The notes under the pieces were generated by a model. It did no database searches. It was not told the origin of the DNA and was given only the letters and a program-made list of their open reading frames with translations. A stretch of DNA of 32,000 nucleotides. Source: Edaphobacter aggregans. Lineage in GTDB: Bacteria; Acidobacteriota; Terriglobia; Terriglobales; Acidobacteriaceae. The stretch is taken from the NCBI RefSeq assembly GCF_003945235.1, contig NZ_RSDW01000001.1, positions 1,470,001-1,502,000 of the forward strand, written 5' to 3'. How positions within the stretch are numbered: the first letter of the stretch is position 1; every line of letters begins with the position of its first letter. The position numbers and the translations under genes are program-made. This document shows, piece after piece, positions 18,485 through 26,322 of the stretch.

Positions 18485-19609
18485 ATGCGCGACTCCACAA
18501 AAATCATCCGCTCCACCCTCACCCGCACCGTAGCCGGAGACCCTATTCACCCCGGCCCAGTCTTCGCCGCCCCATACCACACCCCCGGCGACCCCACCGA
18601 CACTCCGTACACCTACGCCCGCTCGCACAACCCCACCTGGACACACCTCGAAAAAGCTATCGCCCAAATGGAGTCCGGCCCCGGTTACCGAGCCAACGCG
18701 CTCGTCTTCGCCTCCGGCATGGCCGCCTGCACCGCCGTCTTCGGGGCCATCCTCCGCCCCGGCGACATCGTCGTTCTACCCTCCAACGCCTACTACGCCG
18801 CCCGCGTCCTCGCGCAGGAGTACTTCGCCAAAATGGGCGTGACCCTCCGCCTCGCGCCCACAGCAAACAACGCCCAGGCCGAACACCTCGAAGGCGCCAA
18901 GCTTCTCTGGCTCGAATCCCCCAGCAATCCCACCATGGAGATCTGCGACATCGCCGCTCTCTCCGAAGCCGCCCACAAGGCAGGCGCGCTCGTAGCCGTA
19001 GACAACACCACCCCCACCCCGCTCGGCCAACTCCCCCTAGCCCTCGGTGCCGACTTCTCCGTCGCCTCCGACACCAAAGCCATGACCGGCCACAGCGACC
19101 TCCTCCTCGGCCACGTCGCCACCCGCGACCTCGAGCTCCGCGCCAAAATCGACCAATGGCGCACCCTCACCGGAGGTGTCCTCGGCCCCATGGAAGCCTG
19201 GCTGGCCCTACGCTCCATCGCCACGCTGCCCTTGCGCCTCGAACGCGCCTGCGAGAACGCCCAGCGCATCGCCGACTTCCTCACCACCCGCTCTGAAGTC
19301 GAAACCGTCCTCTACCCCGGCCTTCCCAACCACCCCGGCCACGCCATCGCCCGCAAGCAGATGCGCTACTTCGGCCCCGTCCTGAGCTTCATCCTCCACG
19401 ACAAAGTCGCTGCCGAAACCTTCCTCGGCAAATCAAAACTCCTCACCGAAGCAACCAGCTTCGGCGGCGTCACCTCCACCGCCGAACGCCGCGCACGCTG
19501 GGGTGGAGACGCCATCGCCGAAGGCTTCATCCGGATGAGCGCAGGCTGCGAGGCCATCGAAGACCTCCTCGAAGACATCTCCCAAGCCTTGGACTCAATC
19601 CACCCATGA
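18485..19609 (+). CDS. Cys/Met-metabolism PLP-dependent enzyme (cystathionine gamma-synthase / gamma-lyase family)
   Basis: Size and motifs of the trans-sulfuration family, including the PLP-lysine context SDTKAMTGHSD and the C-terminal IRMSAGCE(A)IEDL. Confidence 0.85.
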   Translation: MRDSTKIIRSTLTRTVAGDPIHPGPVFAAPYHTPGDPTDTPYTYARSHNPTWTHLEKAIAQMESGPGYRANALVFASGMAACTAVFGAILRPGDIVVLPSNAYYAARVLAQEYFAKMGVTLRLAPTANNAQAEHLEGAKLLWLESPSNPTMEICDIAALSEAAHKAGALVAVDNTTPTPLGQLPLALGADFSVASDTKAMTGHSDLLLGHVATRDLELRAKIDQWRTLTGGVLGPMEAWLALRSIATLPLRLERACENAQRIADFLTTRSEVETVLYPGLPNHPGHAIARKQMRYFGPVLSFILHDKVAAETFLGKSKLLTEATSFGGVTSTAERRARWGGDAIAEGFIRMSAGCEAIEDLLEDISQALDSIHP

Positions 19610-20088
19610 TCGCCGCGCCTTACTGGATAACCGATCAACTAGCGATAGTCCTCCGACCTTGGGGCGACAATTTTCTAGACGACGAGATGTTAGCCCTCCG
19701 CACAGCAGGCATAGATGTCGTCGTATCGATGCTCCAGAAAGACGAAGCGCGCGATCTGGGTCTCGCAGACGAAGAAGTCTCAGCAAAACGTGCGGGACTT
19801 CTCTTCGCCAACTTCGCGATACAAGATCGCAGCGTTCCACACGACAAGCAATCCTTCAACGAGTTCCTCATAATTCTCGAAAATCACCTCGCTAACGGCA
19901 AAAGAATCGCCATCCACTGCCGAGGCTCAATAGGCCGAGCTCCCCTCACTATCGCCAGCCTGTTAATCCGTTCAGGAATACCACCTGAGACCGCATGGGA
20001 TCACATCGCCGCATCCCGCGACTGCCCTGTTCCCGACACCGAAGAACAACGCGAATGGGTCGATCGCCATATGAGACCCCATCCATGA
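19606..20088 (+). CDS. Dual-specificity / tyrosine phosphatase-like protein (HCx5R)
   Basis: P-loop IAIHCRGSIGRAP at 19915..19938, with the candidate general-acid Asp in FAIQDRSVP. ATGA overlap with the upstream stop. Confidence 0.8.
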   Translation: MIAAPYWITDQLAIVLRPWGDNFLDDEMLALRTAGIDVVVSMLQKDEARDLGLADEEVSAKRAGLLFANFAIQDRSVPHDKQSFNEFLIILENHLANGKRIAIHCRGSIGRAPLTIASLLIRSGIPPETAWDHIAASRDCPVPDTEEQREWVDRHMRPHP

Positions 20089-20678
20089 CACCCACTCTCG
20101 AATTCCCCCACAGCTGGAGCATCGAAGTCCTGCAGTCCGCCCCCCTGATCGCTCCAGCCCGCCAGTTCACCTACCCCCAGCAGATCGCTGGAGAAGAAGA
20201 CGCCCTCGCCCGCGGAGCACTTCAACTCCTCATCCGCCCGGCCACCGGCGGAAACTTCCTCGCAACCTGCGCCCTCGGTTTCACTGACAAGTCGATGCCC
20301 ACCGGAGTCTATTCCTGCCCCAGCCCACACCAACTCTGTGCCGTCGCAGGAGGCTACGCCTACATCATCGACACGCTCCACCCCGAGCAATCCACCCACA
20401 TCCCCCTCAAGCCCGTAGTCGAAGTCCGCGCCTTACCGGCACAATCACTATTAATCTTCGCAGGCTTCCACACCATCCTCGCCTGGGGCCAACAAGGCCA
20501 GGCATGGGAGACACAACGACTAAGCTGGGAAGGCCTCCGCATCACTAGCATCGAAGACAACATCCTCCACGGCACCGGCTGGAACCTCCTCACCGACAAG
20601 GAAGTCCCCTTCACCGTCGACCTACTCACAGGCAATCATCAAGGCGGAGGCTTTCATCAACCACCGGCTCGAAGCTGA
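20085..20678 (+). CDS. Hypothetical protein (197 aa)
   Basis: ATG at 20085 forms an ATGA overlap with the phosphatase stop. The 30-aa N-terminal extension in the ORF track would overlap the phosphatase. No family recognised. Confidence 0.6.
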   Translation: MTPTLEFPHSWSIEVLQSAPLIAPARQFTYPQQIAGEEDALARGALQLLIRPATGGNFLATCALGFTDKSMPTGVYSCPSPHQLCAVAGGYAYIIDTLHPEQSTHIPLKPVVEVRALPAQSLLIFAGFHTILAWGQQGQAWETQRLSWEGLRITSIEDNILHGTGWNLLTDKEVPFTVDLLTGNHQGGGFHQPPARS

Positions 20679-21249
20679 CCTCTTCCACTGGAAACGCAAA
20701 AAAACTAAGCGCCGCATCCCCCTGCTTGATTCGCCGAGTCTGCTCCAGCGCACCATACCTGTCGGCCAGCTTCGCCTTGCTGCCATGCTCCGCAATCACC
20801 ACCGCATCTGCCGCAAGCACCCCACGCCCCCGAACACTCCCAAGAAACTGCAAAGTCCCCGCATACTCCGCCTCAGCCTCATACGGCGGATCCAAAAACA
20901 CAATATCCATCGGCTGCGACAGCTTTCCCAACCGCTCGAGCATCGCCCCAACTCCACGACTCTCCAACGTATACCCACCGACAATCTTCAAAGCCGAAAG
21001 ATTCGCCCGCATCGCAGCAATCGCCGGAGCAGCCTTCTCCGCAAACCACACATGCTCCGCGCCGCGGCTCATCGCCTCAATTCCTACCGCCCCCGTCCCC
21101 GCATACAAATCCACAAACCGAGACCCCGCAATTCGCGGCGCAAGCACATTAAACAGCGTCTCCCGTAGCCGGTCGCTCGTAGGACGCGTCTCCAACCCCT
21201 TCGGCGCCATCAGCGGACGCGACCTATAAATTCCCGCAATCACTCGCAT
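20626..21249 (-). CDS. rsmD: 16S rRNA (guanine966-N2)-methyltransferase
   Basis: MRVIAGIYRSRPL...TRPTSDRLRETLFN...DLYAGTGAVGIEAMSRGA...FLDPPY; canonical RsmD motifs. Confidence 0.9.
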   Translation of the reverse strand: MRVIAGIYRSRPLMAPKGLETRPTSDRLRETLFNVLAPRIAGSRFVDLYAGTGAVGIEAMSRGAEHVWFAEKAAPAIAAMRANLSALKIVGGYTLESRGVGAMLERLGKLSQPMDIVFLDPPYEAEAEYAGTLQFLGSVRGRGVLAADAVVIAEHGSKAKLADRYGALEQTRRIKQGDAALSFFAFPVEEVSFEPVVDESLRLDDCL

Positions 21250-21280
21250 CTTTCAGATGGTATGACGCCGAGCGCATACA

Positions 21281-22402
21281 ATGATAGCTATGCGTGGGTG
21301 GTCATTTCCGATTGGCAGACTCTTCGGCGTGGATCTTCGTATCCACACCTTCTTCTTGCTCTTGCTTGGCTTGGCCATCAGCTACTCTTCCGTCTCCGGA
21401 TCCACCGGCGGCCGAGGCTTCGTGCTCTGGCTGCTGCTACTACTCGCCGTCATCGTTCGCGAAGTAGCCCGCGCCATCGCCGCCGCATGGTTCAACCTCG
21501 AACTCCGCAGCATCCTGCTCCTACCAACAGGCGGACTGCAAAGCTACGCCACCCCCGAAGCCACCGACCACGCCACCGAAGTCCAGAAGCGCATGGCCAT
21601 CGTCGGCCCCATCGCCAACATCGGCTTTGGCGTTCTGCTCGCCGCCGTAGTCCTGACCGTCACTCCGCAAATCAATCTCCTCGAACGTCCCTGGATCACC
21701 CCATCGCATCTCCTCCGCGCCTCCATCTGGATCAACCTCCTCCTCGGAGCCGTCAACTTCCTCCCAGCCTCGCCCCTCGACGGAGGCCGCGTCTTCCGTG
21801 GCGAGTTCGCCAAAGCCCGCGGCGTCATCAAAGGTGGTCGCGCCGCAGCCGGTCTCGGTCAGGCCATCGCCTTCGGCCTCCTCATCGGCGGTCTTCTACT
21901 CCCCAACATGTGGCTCGTCATGCTCGGAGCCTTCGTCATGATCGGCTCCCATATGGAAGACCAGGGCCTCCTCCTGCAATCCGACTCTGACGCTGTCCGC
22001 ATGCGCGACGTCATGCTCACACAGTTCGCCATGCTCTCCGCCTCCGACACCCTCGAGGACGCACTCCAACGCTCCGTCCACACGCTGCAGGACGTCTTCC
22101 CCGTCGTCCGCGGCTCCGCACTCGTCGGCGCCGTCTCCCGTCAGGGCATCGTCGAAGCCCTCCAATCGGACGGCAACGGCTACGTCCAGGGCGTTATGAC
22201 CCGCTCCCTCCAAACCGCGCAGCCCGACGACTCCCTCGTCAAAACCCTCCGCCGCATCATGGCCGGCCCCGGAGCGCAGATGGTGCCCGTCCTCGACGGC
22301 GACCGCATCGTCGGCATCATCACCCCACAAAATCTCGCGCACTCCATGGGCATGCTCAACCAGCGCCGCCGAATCCGCCAACAGGAACAGCAAGAACCAT
22401 AA
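21281..22402 (+). CDS. Site-2-protease (M50) family membrane protein with C-terminal CBS pair; the HExxH motif is replaced by RExxR
   Basis: M50 topology and the NFLPASPLDGGRV motif are present. The position of HExxH reads VIVREVARAIAA (21458..21472). Two CBS-like repeats follow (VMLTQFAML..., GVMTRSLQTA...VPVLDGDRIVGIITPQNL). Confidence 0.85.
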   Translation: MIAMRGWSFPIGRLFGVDLRIHTFFLLLLGLAISYSSVSGSTGGRGFVLWLLLLLAVIVREVARAIAAAWFNLELRSILLLPTGGLQSYATPEATDHATEVQKRMAIVGPIANIGFGVLLAAVVLTVTPQINLLERPWITPSHLLRASIWINLLLGAVNFLPASPLDGGRVFRGEFAKARGVIKGGRAAAGLGQAIAFGLLIGGLLLPNMWLVMLGAFVMIGSHMEDQGLLLQSDSDAVRMRDVMLTQFAMLSASDTLEDALQRSVHTLQDVFPVVRGSALVGAVSRQGIVEALQSDGNGYVQGVMTRSLQTAQPDDSLVKTLRRIMAGPGAQMVPVLDGDRIVGIITPQNLAHSMGMLNQRRRIRQQEQQEP

Positions 22403-22433
22403 CGTTGCTGCACTTGTCGTTGTCTGTTTTAGT

Positions 22434-22485
22434 TTGTCATTCTGAGCGCACCGAAGAACCCCCGCATTTTGCCTGTGTCGCCACA
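22434..22485 (+). repeat. Dispersed intergenic repeat, copy 1 (TTGTCATTCTGAGCGCACCGAAGAACCCCCGCATTT...)
   Basis: About 52 bp, matching 26627..26678 at roughly 44 of 52 positions (hand alignment) in the same orientation. Confidence 0.8.
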
Positions 22486-22511
22486 TCTACTCCCCAGGCA
22501 AACACCTAACG

Positions 22512-23405
22512 ATGACATCTCCCTTAAGCCGCGATCAAGACCAACCCTTAGCCCCCGGCCTCTACCTGGTCGCCACCCCCATCGGCAACCTCGAAGACAT
22601 CACCCTCCGAGCCCTCCGCGTCCTACGCACGGCCGACCGCATCGCCTGCGAAGACACCCGCCAGACCCAAAAACTCCTCAACCACTTCGAAATCCGCACC
22701 CCCACCGTCAGCTACCACATGCACAACGAAGGTCCCCGCACCGAGGAGCTCATCGAGCAACTCAAGCAAGGAGCCCGCATAGCCGTAGTCAGTGACGCAG
22801 GCACCCCCGGCATCGCCGACCCCGGCGGCCAAGTCGCAGCCGCCGCCATCGCCGCAGGCATCTCCGTCTTCCCCATCCCCGGAGCCAACGCCGCCATCAG
22901 CGCCCTTATCGCCAGCGGCCTCTCCACCGAATCCTTCACCTTCCATGGCTTCCTCCCCGCCAAAGCAGGCCAGCGCAAAACCGCCCTTGAAGCTCTATCG
23001 CAGCTCCCTCACGGCACGACCCACATCTTGTACGAAGCCCCCCACCGCATCCTCGAAACCCTCGCAGACATCGAGTCCGTCTTCAGCCCCAACCAACAAG
23101 TCGTCATAGCCCGCGAAGTCACCAAGCTCCACGAAGAGTTCCTTCGCGGCCCAGTAAGCAACCTCCGCTCGCAGCTAGCCACCCGCGCCACCGTCCGCGG
23201 TGAAATCGTCCTTCTACTATCCCCCACCGCCGCCGAAAACCCCACCGCAACGCAGCGCACAAGCATAGCCGTCGAAGTAGCCGCCCTGATGCACTCCGAG
23301 AACCTAACCGAAAAAGACGCCCTCAAGCGAGTAGCCCGCGAACGAGGCATCGGCAAAAGCGAAGCCTACCGTGAACTCCAGCGCGAACAAAACCGCCACC
23401 GTTAG
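22512..23405 (+). CDS. rsmI: 16S rRNA (cytidine1402-2'-O)-methyltransferase
   Basis: GLYLVATPIGNLEDITLRALRVLRTADRIACEDTRQTQKLL; tetrapyrrole-methylase fold typical of RsmI. Confidence 0.93.
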   Translation: MTSPLSRDQDQPLAPGLYLVATPIGNLEDITLRALRVLRTADRIACEDTRQTQKLLNHFEIRTPTVSYHMHNEGPRTEELIEQLKQGARIAVVSDAGTPGIADPGGQVAAAAIAAGISVFPIPGANAAISALIASGLSTESFTFHGFLPAKAGQRKTALEALSQLPHGTTHILYEAPHRILETLADIESVFSPNQQVVIAREVTKLHEEFLRGPVSNLRSQLATRATVRGEIVLLLSPTAAENPTATQRTSIAVEVAALMHSENLTEKDALKRVARERGIGKSEAYRELQREQNRHR

Positions 23406-23491
23406 CACTCACTGCCAGAACCGCTCACCCTCTAAAATAGTCTCCACGACTGGCGGCAACGACGCTCCACACCGAGGAAGCTTCAGACACG

Positions 23492-24385
23492 ATGATGCAT
23501 GGCCTGCAAAATTTAATCGGAGAACTGGAACAGGATTGCTCGCTGAACGAACCGGACCGGCTGCGTCAGCGCATCGACGCGCTTGACCGCCTCGACGCCT
23601 ACCTGGATGGACAGCTCGACGGCCCCTTACCGGCCATCATCACCCAGTCCATCGCACCTGAGATCTATCCCCGGGCAAAAGCGCTTTACGTCAGGCTGGA
23701 GCAAGCCAACTCCGAACTCTATCAAACCATCCGCCTTGAGATTCAGCGTTCCGCCGAACGCTATGAACTCCTTCAGCGGCTGGCCAGCCAATCAAACCAG
23801 AGCGATAACACAACCAGTCCCACAGTTGGCGAAGGCTACGACTATCTCGATGAACTGGTCAGCGGAGTCTTACAGTTCGAAGAACCCTCCACCGACATCG
23901 CCCAGTTACCGGCAGAGATGGTGTTCTATCAGCCAACCCCGGCGCGCCACATCTTCGATCTGATCCATCGCGTCGCACTCACCGAACGCGATGTGCTGAT
24001 CGATCTTGGCTCCGGAATGGGTCACGTTCCATTGCTGGCCGCAATCTGCACAAGCGCTCGTAGCATCGGAATCGAGCTGGAAGCAGCCTACGTCGATTGC
24101 GCCCGGCAGAGCGCTCAGGCTCTGAACCTGAACAACGTAGCCTTCATCCAACAAGACGCTCGAACGGCAGATCTGTCCACCGGCACAGTGTTTTACCTGT
24201 ACACGCCCTTCATCGGCATGATTCTCCGCACAGTTCTCGACTCGCTGCGACGCGAAGCCGCCACTCGCCCTATTCGAATCTGCACATTCGGTCCCTGCAC
24301 GGCCATCATCGCCGAAGAGCCCTGGCTCGAGGCAGTCGGCCCATTAGAAACACACCGGCTCGCCATATTCCGTTCCCGCAACTAA
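23492..24385 (+). CDS. Class I SAM-dependent methyltransferase with an N-terminal helical domain of about 150 aa
   Basis: Motif I VLIDLGSGMGHVPLLAA, post-I GIELE, motif II region VAFIQQDA, then TVFYLYTPF. Confidence 0.75.
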   Translation: MMHGLQNLIGELEQDCSLNEPDRLRQRIDALDRLDAYLDGQLDGPLPAIITQSIAPEIYPRAKALYVRLEQANSELYQTIRLEIQRSAERYELLQRLASQSNQSDNTTSPTVGEGYDYLDELVSGVLQFEEPSTDIAQLPAEMVFYQPTPARHIFDLIHRVALTERDVLIDLGSGMGHVPLLAAICTSARSIGIELEAAYVDCARQSAQALNLNNVAFIQQDARTADLSTGTVFYLYTPFIGMILRTVLDSLRREAATRPIRICTFGPCTAIIAEEPWLEAVGPLETHRLAIFRSRN

Positions 24386-24398
24386 CTTCCGGGTAGGA

Positions 24399-24821
24399 CT
24401 ATCGCCGCCCCTTCACCCGGTCATAGTGATAAACATCACTGGTAGTCCCCAGAGCCTCGTTATAAAGACTCGTAGCCCCCGCCGCCTCTTTCAACTCTTC
24501 ACTGAACTCATGAACAGCCCGCAGATGGTCCGCCGTAGCCGGAATCTCCAGCTTGGACGACTTAAAAAACTTCTGATACCCGCGATCCAGCAGCCGCGAG
24601 ATCTCGCCATTCAGCAGCAACCCTGGCCTCGCCAGGATCTCCACCGTGCCATCCGGAGCCTCAGCGATCTCGGCCGCACAGCCGTACTTCCTCACCTGAA
24701 AGGCTTTAGAGGAGCGCTTTGCACCCTCCTGCGCTGGGGCAACATCGAATCGTTGACTGCCAAGAACGGCAAGCACATCGTTGAACGTCTTTTGGGGGGT
24801 CTTTTTTGCCATAAGTGCCAT
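24399..24821 (-). CDS. Hypothetical protein (140 aa)
   Basis: Coding-like ORF, convergent with the methyltransferase (13 nt between stops) and divergent from cysM. No family recognised. Confidence 0.55.
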   Translation of the reverse strand: MALMAKKTPQKTFNDVLAVLGSQRFDVAPAQEGAKRSSKAFQVRKYGCAAEIAEAPDGTVEILARPGLLLNGEISRLLDRGYQKFFKSSKLEIPATADHLRAVHEFSEELKEAAGATSLYNEALGTTSDVYHYDRVKGRR

Positions 24822-24907
24822 ACGTTAGACTCGATTAACTGTCGCACATCCGCTGATCTCCATCAAACAGCCACGCAGCGCAGCCCAAGGAAGCAACCCG
24901 AAACCGC

Positions 24908-25849
24908 ATGATCACCACCGTCAAACCGCTCGGCACCAGCATCCTCGAACGCATCGGCAACACCCCGCTCGTCCGCATTAATCTCTTTCAAGACCGCCTC
25001 GCCGCCGGCATCCAGATCCTCGGCAAAGCCGAATGGGCCAACCCCGGAGGCTCCGTCAAAGATCGCGCCGCCTCCTCCATCGTCACGGACGCCCGCAAGC
25101 GTGGCCTCCTGAGCAAAGAGCGCGGCCTCCTCGACGCCACAAGCGGCAACACCGGCATCGCCTACGCCATGCTCGGAGCAGCCCTGGACTTCCCCGTCAC
25201 CCTCTGCATGCCCTCCAACGTCTCCCCCGAGCGCAAAAAATATCTCTCCGCCTACGGAGCACAGGTCGTCTGGACCAACCCCGCCGACGGCTCCGACGGC
25301 GCCATCCGCAAGGCCCGCGAACTTGCCGCCAACGAACCCGACCGCTACTTCTACGCCGACCAGTACTCCAACGAAGAAAACTGGCGCGCTCACTACCGCA
25401 CCACCGCCAACGAAATCTGGGCCCAGACCGAAGGCCAGATCACCCACTTCGTCGCCGGCCTCGGCACCTCCGGCACCTTCATGGGCACAACCCGCCGCCT
25501 CCGCGAGCTCAACCCCAACATCCGCTGCATCTCCATGCAGCCCGACTCCCCATTCAACGGCCTCGAAGGCCTCAAGCACATGGCCACCGCCATCGTCCCC
25601 AAAATCTACGACGCCACCCTCGCCGACGCCAACATCGACATGGACACCGAGGTCGCCTACCGCATGTGCCGCAATCTCGCCCGCAATCACGGTATCCTCG
25701 TCGGCATATCCTCCGGAGCTGCCGTCGCCACGGCCCTCCAGATCGCCGAACAGGAAGCCGACGCCGGACGCGAAGCCGTCATCGTCACCATCCTCTGCGA
25801 CTCCGCCGAAAAATACATGAGCGAGCGCTTCTGGCAGGAAGAAGACTAA
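24908..25849 (+). CDS. cysM: Cysteine synthase (PLP fold type II), CysM-like
   Basis: IGNTPLVRI, PLP-lysine context GGSVKDRAA, ATSGNTGIAYA, GTSGT loop. Confidence 0.9.
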   Translation: MITTVKPLGTSILERIGNTPLVRINLFQDRLAAGIQILGKAEWANPGGSVKDRAASSIVTDARKRGLLSKERGLLDATSGNTGIAYAMLGAALDFPVTLCMPSNVSPERKKYLSAYGAQVVWTNPADGSDGAIRKARELAANEPDRYFYADQYSNEENWRAHYRTTANEIWAQTEGQITHFVAGLGTSGTFMGTTRRLRELNPNIRCISMQPDSPFNGLEGLKHMATAIVPKIYDATLADANIDMDTEVAYRMCRNLARNHGILVGISSGAAVATALQIAEQEADAGREAVIVTILCDSAEKYMSERFWQEED

Positions 25850-25851
25850 AC

Positions 25852-26322
25852 ATGCTGAGCATCCGCCACTCCGACTACGAAGCCCTGCGCGCCCACGGCG
25901 AAGAGACCTACCCCAACGAGTGCTGCGGCGTCCTCCTCGGCAAATCTACCCCTGGATCGCTCAACCGCGTCCACCAGATCGTCCGCGCCGGCAACACACG
26001 CACCGACTCCGCGCACAATCGCTACAACATAGCCCCCCAGGAGCTCGTAAAAATCCAGCGCCAGGCCCGCAACCTCGGCCTCGACATCGTGGGCTTCTAC
26101 CATTCACACCCCGACCACCCAGCCCAGTGGTCCCCCACCGACTTCGCCGAAGCCCACTGGATCAACTGCTCCTACGTCATCACCGCCGTCGAGAAGGGCA
26201 AGGCCGCCATCACCAACTCCTTCCTCCTCCTCGGCACCACCGAAGACGACAAGAAGTTCCACGACGAAGCCATCGAGATCGAGATGGTCGAAGCCGCACC
26301 CACCCTGAAAGGACAAGAATGA
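25852..26322 (+). CDS. mec: JAMM/MPN+ zinc metalloprotease (Mec+-like)
   Basis: ECCGVLLG (catalytic Glu) and HSHPDHPAQWSPTD (HxHx7Sx2D). ATG lies 2 nt after the cysM stop. This is only the last 156 aa of the 429-aa track ORF. Confidence 0.85.
   Translation: MLSIRHSDYEALRAHGEETYPNECCGVLLGKSTPGSLNRVHQIVRAGNTRTDSAHNRYNIAPQELVKIQRQARNLGLDIVGFYHSHPDHPAQWSPTDFAEAHWINCSYVITAVEKGKAAITNSFLLLGTTEDDKKFHDEAIEIEMVEAAPTLKGQE

Noticed and set aside
19995-20084. 30-codon N-terminal extension of the 197-aa hypothetical ORF as drawn in the ORF track
   Set aside because: It would overlap the phosphatase gene by 94 nt. The ATG at 20085 gives the same ATGA stop-start junction seen at the previous gene boundary.
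21277-21290. TACAAT hexamer overlapping ATG 21281, suggesting a leaderless mRNA that starts at the second ATG (21290) of the M50 homologue
   Set aside because: There is no convincing -35 element at 16-18 nt spacing, and a single hexamer match is weak evidence. I kept it only as a note on start-codon uncertainty.
24863-25690. 275-aa minus-strand ORF (Gly/Val/Ala/Asp-rich) antisense to cysM
   Set aside because: Low-complexity composition typical of the antisense frame of a GC-rich gene; no start context or motif.
25033-25851. N-terminal 273 residues of the 429-aa track ORF 25033..26322
   Set aside because: This part is an out-of-frame reading of cysM (Arg/Pro/His-rich). Only the segment from ATG 25852 onward, with the JAMM motifs, is credible.
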